From an uncultured virus (IMG/VR IMGVR_UViG_2061766007_001334) (taxonomy: Duplodnaviria; Heunggongvirae; Uroviricota; Caudoviricetes): a stretch of 49,993 nt of DNA. Positions 9,605 through 21,008 of this stretch are shown here, in pieces. Within the stretch, counting starts at the first letter, position 1. Every line of letters begins with the position of its first letter. The stretch is from IMG/VR virus record IMGVR_UViG_2061766007_001334. The stretch is one strand, 5' to 3'. Both the position numbers and the translations under genes were made by a program. A model generated the notes under the pieces. The model had not been told where the DNA came from. It did not search any database and saw nothing but the letters and a program-made list of their open reading frames with translations.

Positions 9605-9695
9605 CCATTACAAAGATGCGTTGAAAATGGAAACAAACGGAAATAATTATTTCTCTTTATTTCCCAAAATCAATTATGTTTGTTGTTGTTAGAAC
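9605..9695. promoter_or_regulatory. divergent promoter region between packaging and capsid operons
   Basis: TATGTTTG on + (9675-9682) and a variant CATCTTTG on - (9611-9618) in an AT-rich spacer. Confidence 0.5.
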
Positions 9696-9866
9696 ATGGA
9701 AAACACAGCCAAAGGAGTACAGGTACATTGTCCGCTCTGCGGAAAGACATTCCCGGTCAGGGTGGACTCGTTGAAGGGTAGGCTGCGGCTTTCCGTCCGC
9801 TGCCCCCAATGCAAGAGGGTAAGCAGCGTTGAACTGCAAGACATAAGCGCCGAGAGCGCACAGTAG
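9696..9866 (+). CDS. small zinc-finger protein, Mu Com-like
   Basis: MENTAKGVQVHCPLCGKTF...SVRCPQCKRV, 56 aa; too short for the ORF track. Confidence 0.7.
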   Translation: MENTAKGVQVHCPLCGKTFPVRVDSLKGRLRLSVRCPQCKRVSSVELQDISAESAQ

Positions 9867-9967
9867 GCTACCCGAGTTCCATTTGAGAACCACACAGGCC
9901 CGTTGGTAGAGCGAAAACACCGCTCCGCCTGCGGGCTTTTTTATTAACCCAAAGTTCTTTAACACAG

Positions 9968-10628
9968 ATGAAAACAAAAATTTTGAACGCGCTTAAAACC
10001 GAGTACGCGAATCTGGGGTTAGGCGACAAGGCTTTTGATGGGGTTGCCTCGTTCCTCGAAACAACCATCACGGACGAAAGCAAGATTTCCGAGGAGATCA
10101 AGAAAGACCTCGTTAAGAATCTGCTCAAGTCAATTCAAGGCGAATCCGATGCTCTGCGTAACAGAAACACGCAGCTTCAGCGGGATTTCGATGCCTACAA
10201 ACTGGCGCACCCCGAAGACAGCGGAAACGGTGGCGGTCAGGGTGGAAACGGCGGTAATGGCGGCGGAAACNNNNNNNNNNNNNNNNNNNNNNNNNNNNNN
10301 NNNNNNNNNNNNNNNNNCGCAGGAAGCGGCGCAGGGGCTTGAACAGAGGCTCCGCGAGCGTTTTGAGGCCGAAAAACTCAACAACAAGGGTTTTCTGTAT
10401 GCCGTCTTCAAGGGCTTTGCGCTCCAGCAGGACGAAACGGAAGATGCCGCCTTCGAGCGGCTCAAGGCCGAATACAACACTATCGCAAAGGACACCCTCG
10501 GAAACGGCGTTATTCCGCCCACGGGCGCTGGCGCACCGAGTAGCGAGGGCTACAAGCCGGGCGCATTCGCTAACTACCGCAAGTCCCTCGAGCAGAGAGG
10601 AGTCGTCGAACCTCAACAGACGAAATAA
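9968..10628 (+). CDS. capsid scaffolding protein (gapped)
   Basis: Helical protein with a Gly/Asn linker upstream of the capsid genes; two frames joined across an N gap. Confidence 0.65.
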
Positions 10629-10652
10629 CCTATTCCAAACAACAAAATCACA

Positions 10653-11486
10653 ATGAGTACACGTAACACTTATGGAACCGTGCGCAAGAAATGGGGTGGC
10701 AGCATTCCCATTTGGCTTGGCCGTCAGGTTCCGAAGGCCATCGGCGGAACTCTCGCCGCTGCCTACGTGAAGCAGGGTGCTTTCTATCCTGCCGGAACTC
10801 CGCTGAACGAAACGAAGCGGGTTCTGACCCCGTTCCTCGTCTACCTCGTGACCGCAGTCGATAGCGACGAGTACACGCTGCTCGCGCCCGGCTACGTGCC
10901 GAAGGTTGGCGACAAACTCCAGCTTATCACGGACTCTTGGGCCGGTCGTCGGGATGCCCTGACCGTGACGAGCGTGGTCAAAGGTGCTGATAACACCTGT
11001 GTTATCGGCGCTACCGCAATCACGGAATCCGTGCCGAAGGCCGCCTCTTCCGTCCAGACCGCTGGTCAGGCCATCGTTGGTACGGTCTACGAAAGCGTCG
11101 AGGCCGGTACTGCCGGTGCAGTCAAGTGCGCCCTCGTCGACAAGACCGTGGTTTACCTCAACAGCGAAGCCGCTACTGGAACCGCAGTCGAGGGTAAGAG
11201 CTACTACACCAAAGACACGGCTGATCCCGTCGTGCTTGACGGCCCCGAAGTGGCCGCCAACGCCGTCCTGATCGAGAAGAGCGCCCTCGTCCCGAATGGC
11301 TATCTGGGCCATGACATCGACCTCGGCGAACTCGATGTTGCCGAAGGGGTTTACGCATCCGGCGACATCGTGGTTATGCACCGCGACGGTATCCTGATCG
11401 ACCGCACCCCGGGTGGATTCATCAAGAGCCTCATGCTCGAAGCTGTGCCCCATGTGGTTCAGGTCGAGGAAGACATTGACGCTTAA
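10653..11486 (+). CDS. head decoration / capsid-associated protein
   Basis: 277 aa between scaffold and major capsid protein; YPAGTPL motif. Confidence 0.6.
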   Translation: MSTRNTYGTVRKKWGGSIPIWLGRQVPKAIGGTLAAAYVKQGAFYPAGTPLNETKRVLTPFLVYLVTAVDSDEYTLLAPGYVPKVGDKLQLITDSWAGRRDALTVTSVVKGADNTCVIGATAITESVPKAASSVQTAGQAIVGTVYESVEAGTAGAVKCALVDKTVVYLNSEAATGTAVEGKSYYTKDTADPVVLDGPEVAANAVLIEKSALVPNGYLGHDIDLGELDVAEGVYASGDIVVMHRDGILIDRTPGGFIKSLMLEAVPHVVQVEEDIDA

Positions 11487-11505
11487 AGCATAGGAGAAAA
11501 CGATT

Positions 11506-12745
11506 ATGGCAAACACTTTTTACCCTATCGCCGAGCTCGAGAATGACATTCTCGCGCTTGCCTTCGCTGGTGTCGGTGGATTTTCCCGCGAAGCCCTCGA
11601 GGGTTTCATCGACGAAACCCTGTCCGAGTACAACAAAATCGAAATCCCCGGTTACGCTTGGGCTCGTCCGCAGGATGAGTTCTTCTACGAGCAGACTGTC
11701 CGCAAGGTTCCTTTGAACCCGATGGCGCAGTATGTCGACTGGCAGAGCGACCCGATTCCGTTTGGAACCGAAGGTGCTGAAACCTTCACGGGCAAGATTC
11801 CTCGTATGAAATCCGTCGAGATTATCGACGAGGAAAAGGCCAAGAACGCTGCCAAGCTCGCCAAGCTGCTCGGCGCAGCCGCCGGTGCAGAAGCCTCTAT
11901 GGATGTNNNNNNNNNNATTTATGTCATCCCCGGTTCAATCCCTAAACCCGAATAACGATGAGCATTTNNNNNNNNNNCTGTTCGGTTCCCATGTGAACGC
12001 CGTGACCTATCAGCGTATGCAGATGAACTCCACGGGTAAGTTCCAGATTGTTGAAAAGAACAATAAGAACGGTATCCGCAACATCACATTCGATGGTCAC
12101 ATCCCCGCTGGTAACATCATCACGAAAACCTCCACCGCCCGTTGGTGGACTGCCGTTTCGGATGGTATCTATTCCAGCCCGGGCGTAAACGCCAACCCCG
12201 TCAAGGATATGATGGAGGTCGTCCGCATCGCCAAACTGAAAGGTCTGGCTCGCGGTCACTTCGAGATCAACACCCTGTTCCTCGATCAGGTTCTGGAGCA
12301 CCCCGCAGTCCTGTCCCGTATCGGCATGGGCCTGCTTCCGAGCGGAACTTCGCAGCAGCAGATTGATGCGGCTTCCATCCGCACCCGTGCGCAGCGCAAG
12401 GCCCTGCTCGAGGATGCTGTCGGCGCGAAGATTCAGGAGTTCGACCACCTCGTTACCGTTGAGAAATGGAACAATACCAAGAAGACGCTGGAACGCGATC
12501 CGTTCTACGCCTTCGAGAATGGCGTTGTGTCCTATGTCCCGGACGGTATCATGGGCGAGTTCCATACGGTCACTCCGTATGCCATCGCCGGTGGCCAGTA
12601 CGCCCGTTTCCTCGGCGGTCTGGGCCTCCTGACCATCGAGGCGGACTACACCCACAAGGTGCAGACCTGCACGACCGAGCTCACCACTATCGGCCTCCCG
12701 AAGAGCCCTCAGTGGATGTGGATCATCAAGCCGTGCGTCATCTAA
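11506..12745 (+). CDS. major capsid protein (interrupted by gaps and a misplaced 50-nt fragment)
   Basis: About 400 aa once the two ORFs are joined; position and size fit. Confidence 0.75.
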
Positions 12746-12783
12746 ACCTGACTTGGAAGTGATAACCCTTATCGACAGAAGAA

Positions 12784-13164
12784 ATGGCTGACATTGCAAG
12801 CAATATGACCGTCACGCGCTGGCTTCGCGCAAAGGTTGACAACATTATCGACCTGTCCGACGACTTCATCTATGCGACCCTCCTCGATCGCGGAATCACA
12901 GACGATTCCGTACTGGTGGGTAGCATATCGGAAAAGCAGCGCGACCTCTGCCTCGCTGACACATATTTCGGCGCGGCCATTTCTTCTGTACGGTCGGGGA
13001 CGCAAGGGGAATCGGATGGCGGCTGGACTCACTACATCGCCAATAAGAATGTCGTCAGCCGCGACGCTCTTATGGAGATGGCCCGTCGGCTCTACGACAA
13101 GTGGGGCGAGCCATTTGACGAACCCGGGAAGGCGAAAATCACGATGAAATCCCTCTACGACTAA
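12784..13164 (+). CDS. head-tail adaptor
   Basis: 126 aa right after the capsid gene; ARRLYDKWGE-type C-terminus. Confidence 0.6.
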   Translation: MADIASNMTVTRWLRAKVDNIIDLSDDFIYATLLDRGITDDSVLVGSISEKQRDLCLADTYFGAAISSVRSGTQGESDGGWTHYIANKNVVSRDALMEMARRLYDKWGEPFDEPGKAKITMKSLYD

Positions 13165-13670
13165 TGCCGCAGTTCTACAACCCCAGATGGCCATACATTC
13201 TCCGTGCTTTTGAGGACGGAATGGATGCCAACGGCTTGCCGGTAACGGATGCGAATGGCAACCCGACCACGGAGCGCTATCTCGCCGACATGAATGGAAA
13301 CCGCCTTACGGATTCCAACGGCAATTACCTGAAAGTTCTGGGAAACACGATGCAACTGCGTCGTGTGATCTGCGACTCCGTAGGCAACCCCACCTTTCAC
13401 GCGGACGGCTCCTTTGTGACCGAACTCGTTGAGGAAATACCCTGTTCGTATCGCACGGCGACGGGCGGTATGAAAGACTCCGGCGATGTGTTCGTGTCGG
13501 ACTTCAAGCTCTCGACACCGATGCTCGCCACGCAGCTTGAAGAGGGGACGAGGGTTGCGATCATCGACAAGACCCACGCCTTCATTGCGGTAGTAAAGAA
13601 GATGACAACCTACAACTGGGGTACAAACATCTGGATTGACCGATTGGGAAATGAGCGGGCCGAACTATAA
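13164..13670 (+). CDS. head closure / neck protein
   Basis: Synteny; 168 aa. Confidence 0.5.
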   Translation: MPQFYNPRWPYILRAFEDGMDANGLPVTDANGNPTTERYLADMNGNRLTDSNGNYLKVLGNTMQLRRVICDSVGNPTFHADGSFVTELVEEIPCSYRTATGGMKDSGDVFVSDFKLSTPMLATQLEEGTRVAIIDKTHAFIAVVKKMTTYNWGTNIWIDRLGNERAEL

Positions 13671-14157
13671 GGTGCGTAATCGCAACACCATCAAGAAGGC
13701 GTTTGACAACTTCCGTAAGTATGTCGACGGCGTTTGCGAGGTTGTCGTCCGTAACATAACGCGTGACGGCATCCAGCAACTTGTCGATGCACATAGGATG
13801 GTTTTCGGCCTTCATGACGGCCACCCGATGCACCTGATCGAGGAAAACACCCTCGGCTATGCCATCGCCCACGACGGGGTTATTGTGGAATCCGGCTACC
13901 ACAAAGGGAGCGGAGCAGAACCCCTGCCGGGCGAGGCGGTTGAAATGGCGCGTTATGCCCTTGAGGGAACTATTGGTTGGTGCGGAATCGTGATCTCCGA
14001 TCTCGTTTGGAGCCACTACGACGACCACGAAGAGGATATGCAGCGCTACGCCATTGATGTCATCCGTGACCGATGGGACGGTGGCGTTTTCGGAGAAAGT
14101 GCAGAGAATATCCGCTCGGTTTATGTCATCCCCGGTTCAATCCCTAAACCCGAATAA
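13651..14157 (+). CDS. neck / tail completion protein (HK97 gp10-like position)
   Basis: Synteny only. Confidence 0.45.
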   Translation: MSGPNYKVRNRNTIKKAFDNFRKYVDGVCEVVVRNITRDGIQQLVDAHRMVFGLHDGHPMHLIEENTLGYAIAHDGVIVESGYHKGSGAEPLPGEAVEMARYALEGTIGWCGIVISDLVWSHYDDHEEDMQRYAIDVIRDRWDGGVFGESAENIRSVYVIPGSIPKPE

Positions 14158-14159
14158 CG

Positions 14160-14585
14160 ATGAGCATTTACGACCAGACCCCTATCGAAACCGCGATCTG
14201 CGACGCTATCCGCAATGCCGGTGTGTCGAAGAATGTGTGGCCCAACCGCCCGCGCTCTTCGCAGGAAAACCTCGGCGAGTTCGTCGTAGCGCGTGTTTCC
14301 GGCCCGATCCGTCCTTTGGTGGCGGACGGCAAGCTCGCGGAATGCACCATCAGCATTGCCCTGTTCTCGCGCAATGTGCAGAACATGAAAAACTCGAAGA
14401 AACTCTCCGTTATGCAGGGAATGGTAGAAAGCCTGCCCCTGCGGAAAGATGTGACCTTCGGGGAATCCCAGACGGGCAAGATCATCTTCAAACCATTCTC
14501 CTATCGCGTCCTCGGCGACAAAGATGACGAAAACGGTTATCACTTCCGGCTACTTAACATCCAAGCGTTTATACAAAATCAATAA
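14160..14585 (+). CDS. tail terminator-like protein
   Basis: 141 aa immediately before the tail tube gene. Confidence 0.5.
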   Translation: MSIYDQTPIETAICDAIRNAGVSKNVWPNRPRSSQENLGEFVVARVSGPIRPLVADGKLAECTISIALFSRNVQNMKNSKKLSVMQGMVESLPLRKDVTFGESQTGKIIFKPFSYRVLGDKDDENGYHFRLLNIQAFIQNQ

Positions 14586-14590
14586 CGACT

Positions 14591-15202
14591 ATGGCACTCC
14601 CTGATTCCCTTCTTTCGGCTCTTAACACCGGCAACTCGGTGTTGAAGCTGCTGCCCTACGTTAAGGGCACGGGTGCTAACCTCGCCTCGCTGAACCTCCA
14701 GAACGCGGTTGAGATTTACACCCTCGAAAACTCCTTCCAGATCAGCAAGGATGCGCCGTCTTTCAGTTCGACGAAGATTGACCAGAAGCATCGGGTCATC
14801 GAGTCGGGCGTGGAAACTGGCGACAACTACACGATGCAGGGTAACATCCCTTCCGTGTCCCTCGATCTGCTCTCCCTCGCTTTCGACGAAGGTTCCGCCG
14901 CTGCGGTTTCCGTGGTCGACGGTGCGAAGACCTATTCCGGCACGAAGGCGTACAAATACGGCTCGAAAGAGCTTGAGTACACCGTTGTCGCCATCGCGCA
15001 GGACGGCGCTTCTGGCATTGTCTTCGGTCGCGTCCGCTTCGTCTTCTCGGAGCCCCAGCACGACGACAACACCACGCCGACCTATGTTCACTTCGATGCG
15101 GTCATGCTGCCGAATGAACACGCCTCGGGCGACTTCGCTCCGCTGCCGTCCGTTGCCGACACCCCGGCTCAGTCCGGCGGTGGCGCTGGTGGAACCGGCT
15201 AA
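14591..15202 (+). CDS. major tail (tube) protein
   Basis: 203 aa, beta-rich composition, precedes the chaperones and tape measure. Confidence 0.7.
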   Translation: MALPDSLLSALNTGNSVLKLLPYVKGTGANLASLNLQNAVEIYTLENSFQISKDAPSFSSTKIDQKHRVIESGVETGDNYTMQGNIPSVSLDLLSLAFDEGSAAAVSVVDGAKTYSGTKAYKYGSKELEYTVVAIAQDGASGIVFGRVRFVFSEPQHDDNTTPTYVHFDAVMLPNEHASGDFAPLPSVADTPAQSGGGAGGTG

Positions 15203-15205
15203 TAG

Positions 15206-15860
15206 GTGAAAAACCTGAACCAACCGAAGGGCGGGGTTACAAGCCCTGNNNNNNNNNNNNNNNNNNNNNNNNNNNNACAACCCAATATAGAATCTCGCAA
15301 GGAGTACCAAGACATCGTTTCGGATTCGGTTTCGATCGTCCGAATCAAGGGTACTAAAAAGTCCTACCGCCTTCGCTGGGTAAAGCCCTACACAATGGAG
15401 CGACTGACGAAGGTGTGGCTGGAGCGCGACCTTGCCGCAGCCAAGATCGACAAGGGTAGCGAGGTGTTGAAAGACCTCGCCCAAGAACCTTATTTCGCCT
15501 TCAAGGAAGCAGCCCTGCTGATACTGAACCACGACATCAAAATCCGCCTGTTCTACGGCCTTTTTTGGCGGCATCTGGCCCGCCGNNNNNNNNNNNNNNN
15601 NNNNNNNNNNNNNNNNNNNNNNNNNNNNNNNNNNNNNNNNNNNNAAAAAACTTCCTCTTTTTTCGCATTACAGGACTATGGTGTATTCGATGGATATGAG
15701 GACGGATATGATGAAGATGACCAAGAAAGAAGCCGAGCAATACCGAGCCGAACTTCTCTTGGCTGCGAAGCGGCTTTCATCAAAGACTTCCCCGAATATG
15801 GCCGTCCCCGATGGCGGCTCTTCCGATGGGAGCGCTCCTTCGGCTATCGGTGCGTCCTGA
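15206..15860 (+). CDS. tail assembly chaperone (G-like; gapped, start uncertain)
   Basis: Between tail tube and tape measure; after the gap continues as KKLPLFSHYRTMVYSMDMRTDMM. Confidence 0.55.
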
Positions 15861-16071
15861 CCTGTGCGCAGATCGAGATAATGCAGATGGACTTGCCGCA
15901 TACACTTTTCAACTTCAAGAAAGAAAAGATCGGCGGCTCAAAGAAGGCAAAGGNNNNNNNNNNNNNNNNNNNNNNNNNNNNNNNNNNNNNNNNNNNNNNN
16001 AGGCCCTTGCGAAGCGCAAGGCACAAATGGAAGGCAAGGAGCCTTACCGCATGGAAGAACTTTTTAGATAG
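15645..16071 (+). CDS. tail assembly chaperone extension (T-like), probably reached by -1 frameshift
   Basis: Overlapping -1 frame is open from AAAAAAC (15645-15651) to the gap at 15954: ...FIKDFPEYGRPRW...QIEIMQMDLPHTLF. Confidence 0.5.
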
Positions 16072-16079
16072 CCCCCGAA

Positions 16080-19000
16080 ATGGCAAATTTGGATAACCTA
16101 AATTTTCAAGTCATCCTCAAGAGCGATGAGTTTGAAAAACAGATAAAGCGCGTTCAGGCCCTTGCCGACGAGTTCAACATCTCGATGTCCGCCGCCCTTT
16201 CGCTCACGAGCGCGAAGGAAGGCGCAAAGAACTTGGCCAAGATCGTTTCCGGCCTCAAGCAGGCCAAGACCGCGCAGAAAGACCTCAACGACGAAATCCG
16301 CAAGTCCCCTGCGGAAAAGATAACCATAAAGCACGGTCAGGCGGTCAAGGCAACCAACGGAAAGCTATACGACACCGCCCGTATCCTGCGCACCATCGGT
16401 ACGCTTACGGGTGGCGCGTTCTCTGTCTACGGCCTTCGCCGTTTCCTCTCCACCCTGATTGAGGTAACGGGACAGTTCGAGGTGCAGAAGATGGCGCTCC
16501 GCACGATGCTGCAAGACATCGACGCGGCAGACAAGATTTTCCAAGACCTCTACCGTTTTTCTTCGGATTCTACCTACCGCTTCTCGGAACTGGCCAAGTA
16601 TTCCAAGCAGCTTGCGGCGTTCAACATTGGCAAAGACTCCCTGCTCGAAACGACCAAGATGCTCGGCGATGTGGCCTCCGGCGTTGGTGTGTCTATGGAT
16701 AGGATTATTTTGGCCTACGGCCATGTCAAGTCCTCCGGCTTCCTTCGTGGTATCCAGCTTCGTTCCTTCTCGCAGAACGGTGTTCCGATTCTGGACGAAC
16801 TCGCCAAGATGTTCACGGAATTGGAAGGCCATGCCGTTTCGCTGGGCGAGGTATTCGACAAGATGACCAAGCGCGAGATTCCGTTTGAGATGGTCGAAGA
16901 GGCGTTCCGACGGATGACGAGCGAGGGTGGTAAGTTCTACCAAATGCAGGAGGTCTTGTCGAAGACGCTCGCTGGCCAGATTAACATCCTCAAGGGCCGC
17001 TGGGAAAACCTTATGTACGCCATCGGCCAGTCGCAGGATGGAATCCTGAAAGGCACGGTCAGTTCCATCAGCAAGCTCATTGCCAACTATGAGGAATTTG
17101 GCAAGCTGCTTCGCCAGATTATTACCGCCTTTACCATCTATAAGGCCACGATAATCGGCGTGGAGGTCGCCACAAATGCGTTTTCCTTNNNNNNNNNNNN
17201 NNNNNNNNNNNNNNNNNNNNNNNTAAGAATCTCGTATTGTGGGCCACGAAAAACCCCTATGCGATCCTTGCCGCCGCGCTTGCCGCCGCCACGGTTGTCG
17301 CAGTTCGGTATATGAACCAACTCAGCGACACGGAAAAGATTACGAAGGCGTTGGACGATGCGACCAAGAAATACGATTCTTCCGTGTCTTCCGAAATCCG
17401 CGAACTCGACTTGCTTTACGGCGCTCTCAAATCCGCAAAGGAAGGTACGCAAGAGTATGATTCCGCAAAGAGGGCCATCCAAAAGCGCTTTGATCCGTAT
17501 ATCCAGCAACTCCGCAACGAGGGTGTAGCGGTTGGTGATCTTGCGACCGTCTACGACCACTTGGCCGAGAAGATCAGGAACGCAAGCAAAGAGCGTTTCT
17601 TGGAAGAGGCACAATCGAACATTTCTACGGCATATCACGACGCGGAGAAACGCGCGGACGATACGCTCCAGAATCTCATTTCCCGAATGAGGAATACCGT
17701 CGGGAATATCACGCCCGACGAAGAGGGTGCGCTCCGTCACTACCTCTGGACGGGCGGCAAAAATGACATCTTCAAATCTCTGGAGAATAGGCTTCGTAGT
17801 GGCCAAGAGAAGGTAAATACCCTGTATTACGACGCGGAAGGAAAGGCGTATAACCAAACACTCCTTGTTTCCGGCGAGCACCTCGTGGATGACCTCCGGG
17901 AGGCGCGGAATCAGCTTGATATGGCATCCATAGCCTACGAGCAGGCGATGATTGATGCAGCAAAGCGCTTTGACGCGGTAAATAAGGCCGCCACGGGCGA
18001 CGAGGGGGATCAAATGGTCTACAAGATTTCCTCCGTTGTCGAAGGCATCAAGAAGCTGGATCAGGAAATCGAGCAGATTCGCAGCAAGGCTGCAAAAGGT
18101 TCGATTACCGAGGCGGAAAAAACCAAGCTGGAGTCCCTTGTGCAAGACCGCGAAGAGCAGGCGAAACTCTACAAGTCCATCATGGGTGTGGACTACGATA
18201 AGGCGACATCGAAAGGCAGCAAAGATGCAGACGCGCAGATCAAGAAGGAAATTCAGGCCCTTAACAAACAGGCATCCATACTCCAGAAATACAAATCTGC
18301 ATACGATTCGCTTTCTCCGTTCCTTGCCGAAGAAACCACCGAAAAGATGGCCGAAATCTTTGGCGGAAAGCCAGATGACTATGAGAGTATCGACGAAAAA
18401 GTTGTTGATCTCATAATGCACTTGCGTCAGCTTGGAGAGGAAGGTCATCAGGCGGCGGATACAATCGAGGCGCAGTTTGGAGTGAGCGCTGTTGCGCAGC
18501 TTACGAAGGCGCTCCAAGCCGCAGAAAAAGCAGATGAAGCGTTCAAGCGCGCAGAAGATGACATCAAGGATTATCTCGCAAAGGATTTCTCAACCGGCGG
18601 AGATGGTGCGGCCCACAAGATTCACGAAGCGCTCCGGGCTTGGCGAAATGCCGATACCGAGGTAGACCAGAAGATAGACAAGATGATGGCTAATCTGGAG
18701 AAAAACCAGAAGGAAAAGGTTATGGGTGCGTGGGCCGAAACCCACCCTCAAGCATCTTGGGACACCGATGGTCGTTATCAGCGATACCTTGCCAAAGAAT
18801 ACTGGTCGCAGTATAAGGAAAGCCGCCTCAAGGAACTTAAAGATCAGGCAAAGCAAGAAAAGGCCCTTAATGCTGCCAATACGAAAGAGAAGATTCGTGG
18901 TTATGCGGAGCTCATCTTTAACGACCAGATGGGCGATTACGACCTGACAAACTGGAACGACAAGACTATTGGCCAGATTCAAAAGATAAAGGACGCTATC

Positions 19001-20431
19001 GCAAATGTTGAACTCGACGACGAGGTTAAAAAAGAACTTGAAGACGACGTTGAACTCGCAAAGGTACTTGTTAAGGAGCTCGAGAAAATAAAGAAAAAGA
19101 AGACCAACCAAGCCGATAATGCCCTGCAAGACGAATGGGCGCAGAAGGCCAAGCTGGTTGCAAAATATCTCGGCAAGGCGGCAGAGTATATGGAGAAACT
19201 CGCCAATGCGACTGGTAGCGAGGCGATCGGCGACCTCGCAGTTGGTCTTGGCGCATTGAGTGAGAACCTGCAAGCCGCTGGTGCGGGATATGCCGCCGCC
19301 GCATCCGCCGGCGCTGGTGCATACGCATGGATCGGTGCGGTAGTCGGCGGCGTTGGCGACCTCACCGCCAAGATCATTGATTCCGTCGCGGAGGCTACCG
19401 AAACATCCAAGCGAGAGATGGAGGCGTACCGCGAATATCTACGCAAGGCATTTTCGGAAAGCCTCGTTGAAGGCGTTGACACCGTGTTTGGCGACAACCT
19501 AATGCGTAAGCTCCGTAACGCAACCAACGCAATCAAGAGCCTTAACCGCATTGACGCGATGGAAAACCTTACGCGTAAGTCTGGTTTCCTTAATCTTGGT
19601 CGCACGAAGTTCACTTTGGAAGAGGCATCCAAGAATCTTAACATTCCGCTCTACGATGAACTCGGAAGGTGGAATGTGGAACTATTCAGGGCCATCCAGA
19701 ACACATACACCCTTAACGACGAAACCGCCAGATGGGTGCAGGATATGATTGATAACCTTGAGGAATACAGGGAAACGCTCAAGGTGTTCGATGAGGTCAT
19801 GGAGAGCGTATTTGGCGATGTTGCTTCGCAGGCGGCGGAAACAATCGTCAATGGATGGGTTGAGGCGGGAAATGCGGCACTCGACTACGCGGACATCATC
19901 GACAATGTGGCGAAATCCTACGCAAAGATGCTCATCCAGTCCACGATTCTTGACTCCGTATTCGATGACGATGAAATTAAGCGGATCAAGGCGATGTTTG
20001 TTGGCGGCGACTACCAGTCTGCGATGTCAGCCATCGCTGACGATATGCAGCAGATTACCGAAATGGAGCCGGTGTTCAAACAGATTCTTGAAGCGTTTGA
20101 TCCGTATTTTAAGCGCACGGATGACAACGAGAACACCCTTTCCAACGGCATCAAGGGCATCACGGAAGACACCGCGAGCCTCCTCGCCTCCTACATCAAC
20201 GCTATCCGCGCCGATGTGTCGATGCTGCGTATGCTCGCCCAGCAGGGCTGGACTTCTGTAACGCACATTGCCTCGATGCTGGAGTCCCTGCCTACGCTGA
20301 ACGACTACCTCGCTAATATAGCCGCCCACAACGCGAATATCGAGGACAATACGCGAAATATCCTCGTGGAACTGAGGGGCGTAATCGTGAACGAAGGTAA
20401 CGGTCGCGGCTTCCGTTCCTATCCAGCATAA
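16080..20431 (+). CDS. tape measure protein (one gap)
   Basis: About 1450 aa, helical; tape-measure-type core TKMLGDVASG...LAYGHVKSSGFLRGIQLRSFSQNGVPI. Confidence 0.9.
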
Positions 20432-20478
20432 CGGAAACAAAGAGAAATAATTATTGCCTCTCATCCAGTTCGATAACC

Positions 20479-20486
20479 TACTTTTG
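20479..20486 (+). promoter_or_regulatory. Bacteroidota -7 promoter box before the tail-tip genes
   Basis: TACTTTTG, 11 nt upstream of the ATG at 20498. Confidence 0.45.
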
Positions 20487-20497
20487 TAATAAGTGTT

Positions 20498-21004
20498 ATG
20501 GCAATTTACATACCCCCGATAAGTAATTATGCGCCGTTCTACATTCAGCGCGATATTGACGCTTCGGCGGTCAATATCCAGTCCGTTTACGGCGTAACGA
20601 TACTTTCGCCGGAATACCCCGCCAAACGCAAGGTCAAGCAGCCGTATAAGAACGACTGGAAAGACCAGAGCGGCGACGACGAGTACAACGATTACCTGTT
20701 CTACGAGGCGTTTACGCTCAATCTCAAATGCGTCATCTTTACCCTTGAGTCCACTTCCGATTCTGCCCGTGCGGAACTCGCAAAGCAGATGCGGAACTTC
20801 CTCAACGCCATCGCGCAGGGAGAGTTCAAGATTTACGACGACTGGGTAAAGTTCGGATTCCAGAAGGTGCGGTTCGATTCCAGTTCGGACTGCGACTTCG
20901 ATGCTTGGAACACCCGGGCAAGGCTTCGCTTCAACCTGACGCTGAAAGTCAACGACCCGATTACAAGTATGAAACTGCAAAACGGATCAATCGTGGAGGG
21001 GTAA
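20498..21004 (+). CDS. distal tail protein-like
   Basis: 168 aa directly after the tape measure gene. Confidence 0.6.
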   Translation: MAIYIPPISNYAPFYIQRDIDASAVNIQSVYGVTILSPEYPAKRKVKQPYKNDWKDQSGDDEYNDYLFYEAFTLNLKCVIFTLESTSDSARAELAKQMRNFLNAIAQGEFKIYDDWVKFGFQKVRFDSSSDCDFDAWNTRARLRFNLTLKVNDPITSMKLQNGSIVEG

Positions 21005-21008
21005 TGCC

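Noticed and set aside
11918..11967. Exact 50-nt repeat of 14120-14169 inside the major capsid gene
   Set aside because: It is flanked by N runs on both sides and copies a gene junction from elsewhere, so a gap-filling artefact is more likely than a real insertion.
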